A DNA stretch of 64,000 nt. Source: Takakia lepidozioides. Lineage: Eukaryota > Plantae > Bryophyta. The stretch lies in the NCBI GenBank assembly GCA_030704615.1, contig CM060732.1:14446001-14510000 (forward strand), read 5' to 3'. A model generated the notes under the pieces. It did not search any database, had not been told where the DNA came from, and worked only from the letters and a program-made list of their open reading frames with translations. Shown here in pieces: positions 24,221 through 34,790 of the stretch (the first letter of the stretch is position 1; each line of letters opens with the position of its first letter). The translations under genes and the position numbers were made by a program.

Positions 24221-26069
24221 GAGGGAAGATAAAATGTCTTGTCGAGACATGGACAAGACCAAACAAGGTCTTTGTCAATTTGTATGACAAATCAGCCTCA
24301 TAACGAGGCACTATTACTCTTCATTCATAAACCAGTCTGATGACATATAACAGATCTCACAGTTCATGAAATCTCTGGGAGGGGGGGTGGGATCATATAA
24401 TTACCACCCATGTTCCCATTAATAAACTGGAGAAGAAGTTCTAGTTTTCATATAGCCATAATGGTCAGATTAGAGCAGTAAACAGCTTCTAAACTATTTA
24501 CACATGAAGGGAAAGTCCACACATCTTATTTTTTGTCCCAAGACCTAGTTTCAATCTGGGGCCAATGTATAAATGGATTCAAAAGGTTTTGAGCAGTAAG
24601 TGATTACTGATAGTCACAGACTATAAAGAAATCCAGAAAAACATGTCATGGTATATGCCTTAGTAGTAAAGCCAGTCTATCTAGAGCCCGTTTTAGGTCT
24701 TGGTGCAATCTGTATCTACTCCAGCAAGGTACTTGCAAGGTCACAAACAAGTAGAGAAGGACAGGAACCATATGGTCTGCACCAGGCAGCATACATGGCC
24801 TAAAAACAAAGGATTGTGGTTCCTTATGTCCTCTTACTTAGCTGCTTGATATCATTCAAGCCACAACATTATACCAGTCCCATAGACCGAAATAAAAAGC
24901 TCATGTTGTGCTGTAAGACAGCAAATCCAGCATCATCACGTAGTGTAGCAGAAATCAAAGGCAAGAGTCTTTAATAGAAAGTATGTGTTCTAATAAAGCT
25001 CATCTAATGTATTAATGCTCAACAGGAAGAGTTGGAAGCATAGCCAGAAAGATCAAGAAATGGGGGCAGATTCGAATCAGCTCCCTGAAGAAACAGCTTG
25101 AGTCGACTTCACTTCATCTTGCTAGTTTTCAATCAATTGCAAGCTTCATGAATCATATTAAGTGAGGGCCCTCACCTGGTCCCATCACATGCAGTCAAAA
25201 AACAATGAAGTTAGTGAAGATGTGGAACCCCAGGTGAATATCAGGCCTCACGCTTGTTATCGCTGTATAACATGCGTTCAGAAAGCAAGAAGAGATCAAA
25301 AGCAAAGCAAAGATATTCCACAACCTTAAGTGTTTGTGGAAGAGGATTCGACATAGCTCCAAGAACTCGATAATCGACAGCCCAAACAAACAATGGTTTG
25401 CTGAAATCTACGAGCATTTTATCAGGTGAAGGGACTTCCTGATGGTTTAAGAGCGGCGCTGGATCTTAATGACCATTGAACGGAATGGCAAGCAGTCACA
25501 GCTTAAAGTAAGTTGCCCGCCAAGGGAAGAGACAACCTCATTGAGGGAATTGAAGCTCAGCCGCCTTTGTATACCCCAAGGGGATTTGAAAAGTACTGGA
25601 ATCTTGCCAGAGCACTTGCAGGCTGTCATAAAGCTTCTCCATAGCCATCAGATTCACAAGATTTGTGCTTAAATGATCCCTCTGACACCATCTCTCAACT
25701 CCATCAGAATCAAAACGCACGAGTATCGTGCAGAGTTTAAGGGCGGAGGAAGAGATAGGGCAAACCTTCGCGATTTTATCCAGAATAGATGAAAAACAGA
25801 TAATGTAAAGTATTTCCCTAATTCCATCATGATGTCATCCAGTAGTGATGGCATCCAAAAGTAGAGTCTGGCTTTCATTAGGGTTTAGTTTTCATGACCA
25901 AACTCATCCAAAGAACCCAGTAATCAGAGAAATTGCTATAATGGAATTCCTCCATTTTCGTGATTACATCCATTGTGGATTAAAAAAGGTTTAGACAAAA
26001 TTAGTCCAAGCCGGCCTGGGTTTTGGAAAAAGTACAAGCAAATTCATTGTACAGAGGGAGAGGGAGAGA
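24221..26069 (-). repeat. Pseudo-LTR copy 2 (5'-truncated tandem copy of the 3' end)
   Basis: Direct repeat of 18191-20033, ending at GAGGGAGAGGGAGAGA. Confidence 0.9.
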
Positions 26070-26188
26070 TGATTGCAAGACCATTGATGAATCTAGAAAT
26101 AAGCTACAATATGCATGTACATGTACAATCAATCGAAGGGATGGGTACAGTTCGGTGCGAAAATTATTATGTAGCTTTGATTATGTGT

Positions 26189-28800
26189 CTAATCAACTTG
26201 AACATCATCATCCGGAGCTTCTTCATCCTCATCAAGCTGCAAGTCTTCTTGGTCATCAAAGTCATCATCATAAATGGCCCGGTCCTCAAAAGGCACCTCT
26301 GAATCATCCTTCACCTCGTTGTCAATGGCCGTGTCTTCATCTCCTTGTCCAACATCCGTATCTTCTGGAGCTTCATCATATAGGGTCCGGGATGCATTCT
26401 CTGGGGCATCATCATCCTCTTCTACCCCCTCTACCCAACCTCCATCATCAGCATCATTCTGACCAGTCCGTCCATCCACCGTAATTGCCTCACCCCGTGG
26501 AGATCCGAGACCATGATAGATACGTCTTCCTTTTGGTTGAGCATGCACAACCACCTTCCAATTTCCCCCTCTTGTTTTGTCATCGGAGAAGAAAACTTGC
26601 TCCATGTCTGAAGGAAATGCAAAAGGCTCATCGGAGGAACGATGAGTAAGGTTGAGCCTATCTGCATTGACGCGCATGAAACCACAATCATCTCGCACTA
26701 GTGTTGCGGAGGCCCCACAAGATGTGGCTGGAATCACCTTCCCATGAAGAGAAGAGGCCGGTACCTTGTATACTGAAGTTGGAATATGCTCTCAAGCTGT
26801 CCAATGTATTCAAGTTTGCTCATAGCAGGTCGTGTATCTCCCTTACCCCACACGGAGTCTTGCCAATATGTGGCCCACAAGCCAGAATCAAACGTTGTTT
26901 TGCGCTTCATGTCAAGAGCACGAATGCGGAAATGACGACCGTGATCCCAAACCGCCGTGTATGAGGTCGCGAATTGAGAGGGGCCCTTGCAAGGTCTTGC
27001 ACCATATCTGAAACCACCTCACCTTGAGAAACGACATCATAAACTAAAGTCTTGAGCCACTGTTGGAATGAACTTAGAGGCTGCAATCCCACGGGCAAAT
27101 CTTGTGAAGGAACATTTCGGCGGCCCGCTCCTCGTCGACGGCGTCTAGTAACCGGCCTTGGATAGTTCCGCCTCCATGCAAGCGTCTCCTCATCACGTTG
27201 TTGAACAAGGTTATTGTATCTTGTCTCCCACTCATGTATGGATGGGGTGTTCTTCAGTATGAAGTCATGTGCTTGCTCAATAGACCCTGCTCCTCAAGCT
27301 CCTTTCTAACACCGAGAGAATCTCCTTTTGCAGCCACTCCCTTCTTTGTTGGCGTGCCATGAAGAACCCGAAAAAAGGACGAGCAGACATTCTTCTCAAT
27401 ATGCATGGGATCTAGAAGATGACGAATCTTCAGGTCCTACATATATCCCCACCCACAAATACTTACACAATTTTTTTGACGTGAAAGTGACAATGCAACG
27501 CATACCAAATGTGCAATAGCACATGCATGCATAGGGATATTGACGGTGTTTTTGTGGAATACGTACCACCCAATATGGCAACTCGTAGAAGATTGAAAAT
27601 CGCTTCATGCCGGGCACGTCCACTTCACCGACCGTGCCCGCATGAGCCTCCTTCCATCGGTCTTCCCAAAACTGCCCGGATGGTGTGACAAGGGGGGGAC
27701 GTACCTCCTCTTTACCATCAAACAAGTGTTTCTCTCTTCTTCTCCATCGATGGCTCATAGGAAGAAACTTGCGGTAGTTGGGATACACCATCTTGCGAAG
27801 ATGACGGGAGCTACATCAAGATCATCGCCACAATGCAAGCACGCATGGTACCTTTTGGTGCTTAGCCCCGAGCAAACAGTTAGTCCTGTACACATCCCGC
27901 CACATTAGCCAAGACAAGGTCTCATGTGTATGGCCCATAGTGCCATCTACCCCACTACGGTGCACAAGACTGTCGCCTTGACAAGACTATCCGGCCTTGA
28001 CAAGTAAATGTACACGGGTTCTTCATGGGGAACATAATATACCTGGATAATCATGCATTGTCCAAGCACTATGCCTCTCATCTGAAAAGATTGTCCGGCC
28101 ATAGGGTCAAGTGAAGCATCAAATGTCGGGACCCCCCTCCATAGCTCCTTAAGTTCATCAATTAGAGGTCGCAAGTACGTGTCCATGTTTGCCACTTGTT
28201 TTTTCCCTATGAGACATTCACATCATTGTTTCAATGCTCCACCATATGCAAATTATACTACTAATGAATTACACGTCTTACTCCAGATTATGTCACTCAT
28301 CAGCTTGCATCCGAATTGCGCCAGAGATCATAAGATTAATGTAAAGTCCAAGGGAATAATAAGCATGAAATGGGAACACTCACCTGGTACATGGCAGCCA
28401 ACTGATATGGTCTTTTTTATTGGAAAGATACGAGGGATGTTGTAATTCACCAAGGTCACCGGCCAAGTGGAATGACTATTTGACTGGACAGAGTATGGGT
28501 TGACCCTATCCGAGGAGAAGCCGAGGCAGACATGTCGTGGGTCCTCCAAGAGAAAAGGCCACATCTCTTTAGTATGCCTCCATGCTTTATGAATCTTGTG
28601 ACCCGCATACCTTTCTCGGGGGGCTCCGATGCGAGGCTTGCCATCTCATCAGTGTTGCCAACTCCAGGCTTTTGTAGTGTGCCTTCAATCCGCGGGATGA
28701 CGGAAAGTAATGCATTTTCTAGGATAAAATACCCCACCCACGTCCCCCACATATAATCATCCCATTATGACACATAATACAACACCCTTATGTCTTTCCT
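26189..28800 (-). pseudogene. CACTA (En/Spm) transposase relic (Transposase_21 and DUF4216 regions)
   Basis: DPRHVCLGFSSDRVNPY..STWPVTLVNYNIP, MDTYLRPLIDELKELWRGV, YRKFLPMSHRWRR and DEPFAFPSDMEQVFFSDD..WKVVVH; many stops and frameshifts. Confidence 0.88.
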
Positions 28801-29204
28801 TTATACAGCCTCTCCCTCATTTGGGCATAAATGGTCAAAACCGAACGTTGCTAGTATTACTCACTCCTTCCAAAGCCACAATCAGATCTTGCATGAGTAC
28901 TACTCTCTACACCCCAAACTTTGTGGAATATACTTAACATGCATGCAAGATTAAGAAGATTTCCATGCGAGGGGAGTGGCGCTTAACCTTGCGTGGTATT
29001 TTTTTCCTTGGACATCATCCCCGATATCGGTCTTCCTTGCATCTTTGGGCAACTTGGTGAGACGCGAATCCTCTCTGTATATAGGGTTTTATGACATGGA
29101 CCCCATCTTATAGCCCATCCCCACGGAGTCCAACACTTCGCGCGTCTCTTTCCGCGACCGTGGCATCTTGGGGTTTTAGTGTGGAGCAAGGATATAGTCC
29201 GCAA

Positions 29205-31664
29205 TAGAGGCTGAAGATGAGCACCGCCTTCCGACCTCCGACGGACGGCCAAACGGAAAGAGTGAATTCTGTAGTGAAGCAATTCTTGCGGAATTACGTG
29301 TCGGCAGACCAATCAGACTGGATGGACACTTAGACGCGGCAGAGTTCTGTTATAATAACACAAAACCTCCCGCAACGGGAGTTTCCCCTTCATATTGGTC
29401 TAATTGAAAAGCACCTCTGGTGCCGAGGTGTTGGGCCCCCAGGTTGAACTTGAGGAACCCGACAGTAGCGGCGGTAAATTGGAAAGAACGCGAGCGTTTG
29501 TTGAAGCTCGCAAGTACAACATTGCCCAAAGCTAGAAACGGTTGAAGGCAGGCGAATCGGAAGCGATGGAAGTGAAGTTTGAGCAGGCACAGAGGTCTGG
29601 TTGAACATCAAGATTTCCGACTACCTCCGAATGAGTCCAAAGTTCGTACCTCCGTTTGCGGGCCCTTTTCGCATCCAGAAGGTTTAGAATGAAGATGTGG
29701 TATGAATTGGAGCTGCCGGCAAACAGCAAGGTGCATGCCAGTATTCCACCACTTCTCCCTTTTGAAGCCTTACTTCAAAGATGAAGCGCGTCCGAATCGG
29801 CATCAAGTGTTGCGTCGCCACCTGTGCTTGTTGGATCATGAAAATGAACCTGAGTACGAGGTGGAGGCAGTACTTAAGTCAAGGAGGTTCAAGAACCGAG
29901 AAACGGAGTATCTCGTCAAATGGAAGGGCTATCATCATGTGGAGGCATCTTGGGTGCGTGCCTTAGAAATGGAAAACGCATCCGAGGCGGTTGCAGTTTT
30001 CGAAAGGGCGACCTCAAAAGCGGAAGAAGCGTTGATGGGGACATCAACCTTGGAGCGTGGGGGGGGAAATGCATGCTTAGCCCGGCTTAGCTAGCGCAGG
30101 AATCTGATTGCAAAAACTTGTATTGTACAAATATTTGTTATAAAGGAAATGGGTTCCAAACGTTGTGCGTCCTATTTTGTTTGGAATGGTGATGCATGTG
30201 TGTGGTTGGCTAGTGTGTAGAATGCATGCTAGCTTACAAAAGTGGGGAGAGGTAAATTGGGTTAATCGTGTGTTGTGCGCAGTGCCGAAATCAGGTGACT
30301 CCCATCCAAGGGCAAGGAAACTTGCGCCTTCTTTGGGAGTTCACGTGCTAGTGCGCACCTGGCGCGTGCACGTACTATAACTGCGCTACCGAGGGGGTTG
30401 CCTTGTAGTGCGGGCTAACGCGGAAGCTACGTGCTTCCGTTCACGTACTATAATCGTGTAGCCTCGGGACGAAGTCGTAGTGCGGCTTCGGCGTGTTCCC
30501 GTACCTCAGGCCAACATTCCAAGGCGGACCCAATTGTAGTGATTGGGGCGCACGGTTGGTCAAGGTTATCTTCCTAGTCAAAGGGGGTTCGAGGTGAACC
30601 CTTGCTCAAGGTGATGCCAAAAGCGGCATCATGAGCGGTCGCAAGCAATGTTATTGCAGTAAGGCGATTCGATCCTCGGGGAGGATCGTTCCTTGGCCTT
30701 GAAGTAGGCCAAGAAGAGTGCACTGGGAGGAGCTTGAGAGGCTCCACCATTGGCCGGGACTTGGAGAAAGTCGGCCGAACTAGCTAATGGAGAGTAGAGT
30801 CAAGTGTGGGGTTTGGTTCTTTGCCATGGGACGCCATGGTGCAGAAACAAACTCCTTGATGTGGGACGCCACAACTTGGATGTTCGTTTCTACAAAATGG
30901 ACAAGTCGATGAGGACATCGACTCCCTGTTGGTAGGGGTGTGTGTCGCGGCCCTTTGCATTGAGGGCAGGGGTCGGGACACAGGAGGGGCTGCCCCTGTG
31001 GGGGGGGCAGTAGCAGCGATAGGTACGGGGGCTGAAGCACCCTTGAGTGCCCAAGGCACTCAAGGAGGCGGAGGCGCTCACTAGGTGGAGCCCCGCACAC
31101 GGGTTGCGGTGGGGGTGGCTCCACAAGGGGTGGTGGTAGCTTAGCGGGACTTAGTGGGGGTGGCATAGGACTCACCATGGGGTGGAGACCTCGAGGTGGG
31201 AGTCGTGGGGAGTCTTGGGACTCATCACGGTCCATTGGGGCCGCGGTGAGTGGGCCAAGACTCACCTGACTCACCACCGGGAATCGAGGGTCTTCGTGGT
31301 GGTTCACCATAAAATGGCATGGCTGTTTGTGGAACCCCCGCGGATAGCTACAGAAGTATATATAGGGAGTAGTAACCCCAAGAACGGTGCAAGCCCGTTG
31401 GTGACCAAAAACTAGTGAGTAAGCGAGCGAGCGGGAAAGCGACCAAAGAGCGGGGAGCTGTTCCGGACTGCCAACTACCAAAGGTAATTCCCGCTGGTTC
31501 CAAATCGGTGGAGGGTTCTTCGGGAGAACAAAGGGGGACCGTTATGCCCCGGTGAGCAGCCGAAGCTCCAAGTTGGCCCGGCGGCCTGGTTGGGAGTTAG
31601 GCGCGCGCATCAAAGCGAATAACTATGACTTGAGGGGGAGCTTACCGAAGTGAGGTGCGCGACA
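29205..31664 (+). mobile_element. 5'-truncated second copy of the chromovirus Ty3/Gypsy (integrase end, chromodomain, 3' LTR 30943-31664)
   Basis: Collinear with about 43520-46007; LTR TGTCGCG...CGCGACA preceded by PPT GGTAGGGGTGTG. It truncates the minus-strand ORF at 31665; left part is indel-rich. Confidence 0.9.
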
Positions 31665-32152
31665 CCTGGGATATACTCAAAAGCGGACAATGTTTCCACA
31701 TTCGAACCAGTATCTTCTGTGTAATCTGTGTACCAGATCACGATGTCTCCCGATGTGGCCGAATACATTGCATAATCGAAGCCTCCATAAGGGCAGTCGT
31801 CCCGGTTCCGGAAGCACGGCATCCTTGCAAAGGAGGACCTGAGGATGTCTTTGATGCCGATGACAATGACCTTGCGGACAGCAACGAAGCCCTTAGATTT
31901 TCGAAATGATGAGAAGCGGAAGAGCAGTGCGGGCTCCAATAATGGAGCATCTGGGTCACACGTACCCACCAATAATCGTGTAACGTGTTCATCACGCCAG
32001 CGGTGGATGAACCGATACCTCTTTCTCATCCACGGGGTATAGTTTGAAATCTGCCACCGAAGTCCATCCCCCGGATGGAAATTCGGCGCCGCATTTACAT
32101 CGAAGGGGGGATGGACTTCGTCGTCTCGAATGGCTATAGGCCCACCTGGCAC
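31665..32152 (-). pseudogene. Unknown protein, paralog A (C-terminus cut by the Gypsy LTR)
   Basis: FARMPCFRNRDDCPYGGFDYAMYSATSGDIVIWYTDYTEDTGSNVETLSAFEYIPG; the frame runs into the LTR at 31664. Confidence 0.65.
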
Positions 32153-32253
32153 TTACTGCCCATAGTTTGCATGGCAGGGAAGGAAACTGAAACGGCTACA
32201 TTCATGGAGCAGCCAATCTTCATCCGTGCAGGTTCCTGTAGGGGAAAATTTAA

Positions 32254-32910
32254 ATGTGCCCTGGAGTGTTTATGAGGAATTGCAGCGTTTGCTTGAACTT
32301 CTTCCAGCCACCGCGCTGCTCTTTTTCAAGGATGCCGTGTCGTCGAAATCCTGCTGACTGCCCTTATCATGGCCACGATTATGCTATGTTCAAACCAGAA
32401 TCAGGAGACATCATTGTCTGGCTCTCTGTTTTCACAGACGCTTCTGGAATCAAGCGGGAGTCTTTGCGCGCAATGGAGTATTTGGAGGGCTATTACCTCT
32501 TTGAGCGAGGTGAGGGCGAGGGTCAATGCGGTCCGTGGGTCCTGAAAATTGTTGACCTCGATATACCAAGGTGGAATGGGATGCTGGACAGATCACACAC
32601 GGCCTCACTTTGGCGCTGGAACTGATGCCAGTGGACCAGGGAGGACGGCACCGGGGAAAACTATATTTGTGGAGTTCACTCCGCTCTTCTAGTGTATGGA
32701 GACATTCGGCTGAGTTGCGAAGACGAATCGCACGGGCACATGAGGCCCACAATGACCTTGTCAATGTATGATGGTGGTATGATTGATGGGCATGACATTG
32801 TCGTCAGCTCCACCAAGGGCACCAGATCGACCGCATTGCAGTTTACCTCGAGGTGCCGCATCAGTAATGAGCTTGTTTTGAGGGCTATCGAAGTTCCGTC
32901 GACTTGGTGA
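32254..32910 (+). pseudogene. Unknown protein, paralog B (one internal stop at 32623-32625)
   Basis: FSRMPCRRNPADCPYHGHDYAMFKPESGDIIVWLSVFTDASGIKRESLRAMEYLEG aligns with paralog A; ORFs 32254-32625 and 32692-32910 are in the same frame. Confidence 0.65.
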
Positions 32911-33186
32911 CGCCCATGTAGAAGGAGGAAGGGCTTAGATTTGTCTGGAGTTGCTAAATGTGAGACACCGTGTTCAATCAATAACACAACCCATCGTACC
33001 TCACTTCTGTGTGCTTGTGTTTCATCGTGTTCAAAAACTGCCGTAATTGGCCCACTAATTACAATTTGAGGTCTCATTTCTACAATGTGTCTGTCCATAT
33101 GAATATACCAGAGTCAGCGATATCAGAGTCTTGGGGTGAAGAAAATCCATGTATGAGTAAAAGGAAACATGTACACGCCGAAGCTC

Positions 33187-34171
33187 GGAAATTCGGCACC
33201 GCATTTCATTTTTCTCCATGCAGCGATTTCTGGCAGCTCCCTTTCCTCCGTTGTCGTCGTAACGGAAATGTTGTACAACATTTCATTTCCTGACATGGCA
33301 TTACCATACTTCGAATTGGAAATGCGGCGCCGCATTTCCATATTGGACCTTGAATTGTCCGAGCATGTCCAGTTGCTAATGCTTGTCTATGTCCATACTT
33401 GAAATGCGGCACCGCATTTCCATGTCCGTCATCAAAATTTTGTACCGGACAATGAAATGCGGCACCGCATTTCCGGAGAGCACAATGGAATGCGGTGCCG
33501 CATTTCCGTCGAAAGGTCTGGAATTGGACAAACAACGATGTCCGTTCTGGAAATGCGGCACCGCATTTCCATGTCCGTCATCAAAATTTCGTATTGGACA
33601 ATGGAATGCGGTGCCGCATTTCCGTCCAACAAGACGGAATGCCCACACGGGTCTGGAATTGGACAACCAACGATGTCAATTTTGGAAATGCGGCGCCGCA
33701 TTTCCATGTTGGGCAATCGAAAGTTTTTATAGGACAATGTAAGTTTTTATAGGACTATGGAATGTGGTGCCGCATTTCCGTCAAAGAGTCTGGAATTGGA
33801 CAAACAACGATGTCCGTTTTGGAAATGCGGCGCCGCATTTCCATGTACGTCATCGAAATTTCTTATTGGACAATGGAATGCGGTGCCGCATTCCCGTCTA
33901 GCATCATGGAATGGGGAGCCGCATTTCCGTCGATGGGTCTGCAGTTGAAAAAATGTCCATCTCCAAAATGTAAATGCGGCACCGCATTTCCATGTTCGAC
34001 CTCCGCATTTCCATTTACCTCCATGGAAGGAGCTGGCAATCGGCAAAACTGCCGTGTCGGAAATGGAAATGTGGCACCGCATTTCCGTTCGGCCGAACAG
34101 TTTCTGATGTCCAAACCATGAAACGGAAAATTGTTCTTGCCCTGGTTTTGGAAATGCGGTGCCGCATTTCC
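33187..34171. repeat. Array of about 16 copies of palindrome GGAAATGCGG(C/T)(G/A)CCGCATTTCC
   Basis: Copies near 33187, 33318, 33401, 33454, 33487, 33549, 33603, 33684, 33759, 33821, 33875, 33972, 34065 and 34150, plus degenerate ones. Confidence 0.92.
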
Positions 34172-34224
34172 GATTTTGGGAGGGACCAGATTTGGACGAT
34201 GTTGTCGATGAGAAGCACATGGGA

Positions 34225-34265
34225 GAGGGGACATGAAGGACGGGGAGAATTTCCTTTATATACTC
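34225..34265 (-). promoter_or_regulatory. Putative TATA promoter facing the left palindrome array
   Basis: Minus-strand TATATAAAGG (about 34253-34262) followed by CTCTCCCATGTGCTTCT; the same module is conserved at about 14759-14810. Confidence 0.45.
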
Positions 34266-34319
34266 TGGAATAGAATTTAAATGTACAGAGAGTTCATTAA
34301 AATTCTATTAATTTTGAAA

Positions 34320-34790
34320 ATCATCACTATCGTCGTCCTGTCCTTGACTGTCCTGCTCCGCCTCCACCCCGTCATTGCCTTTCTCATCTCCAGCGGACTG
34401 CTTGTTGGCCAGGCTTTTGAAAATCCCATCTTCACCTTACGGAACCGACCATCTCACCTCCGTTGGCTCGTCGTCCTCCCTGTCTGCATCGCTCTCGTCC
34501 GCTGAATCACATATGAACTTTCGCACCCGTCTACCTGTCTCAGCTGTTGCCAACTCTTTCCTTATCCTTCTGTCCTCCCTAGCCCTCTCCAAAATCTGCT
34601 CTACTTTACTGGGATTCTCACATCGTCTAATCGCTGTATTTGCGAGTTTAGCTGCATAACTAGGAAGGGAGTAGTCCTTCACCGGGCTCGTCATGAAGTC
34701 GCCCCTCGCAAAGAACGGGACATTCTTCCTGACAGGAAGTGTAGGCCCTACATGTTTCGACCCGGATCCTGGAATCGTGCACTTAACAAT
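34320..34790 (-). pseudogene. Charged/acidic coding segment downstream of the MTase exon (possible extra exon)
   Basis: ORF 34437-34910 (VEQILERAREDRRIRKELATAE...DSADESDADREDDE) continues past one stop; a GTGAGT donor lies at the end of the preceding exon. Confidence 0.4.

Larger units (their letters stand above)
18191..26069 (-). mobile_element. Penelope-like retroelement with 1.85-kb pseudo-LTRs and two ORFs
   Basis: Near-identical direct repeats 18191-20033 and 24221-26069 lack TG...CA ends and PBS/PPT. They flank ORF1 and a PLE-type RT ORF; all junctions are GA-rich. Confidence 0.8.

Noticed and set aside
18191-26069. LTR retrotransposon or DIRS element
   Set aside because: No TG...CA ends, PBS, PPT, protease, RNase H, integrase or tyrosine recombinase; RT motifs are PLE-type.
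33123-34273. Many overlapping ORFs with MRHRIS / KCGTAFP / GNAAPHF repeats (also 46792-48531 and 14643-15127)
   Set aside because: They are six-frame translations of the DNA palindrome, open on both strands; no evidence of coding.
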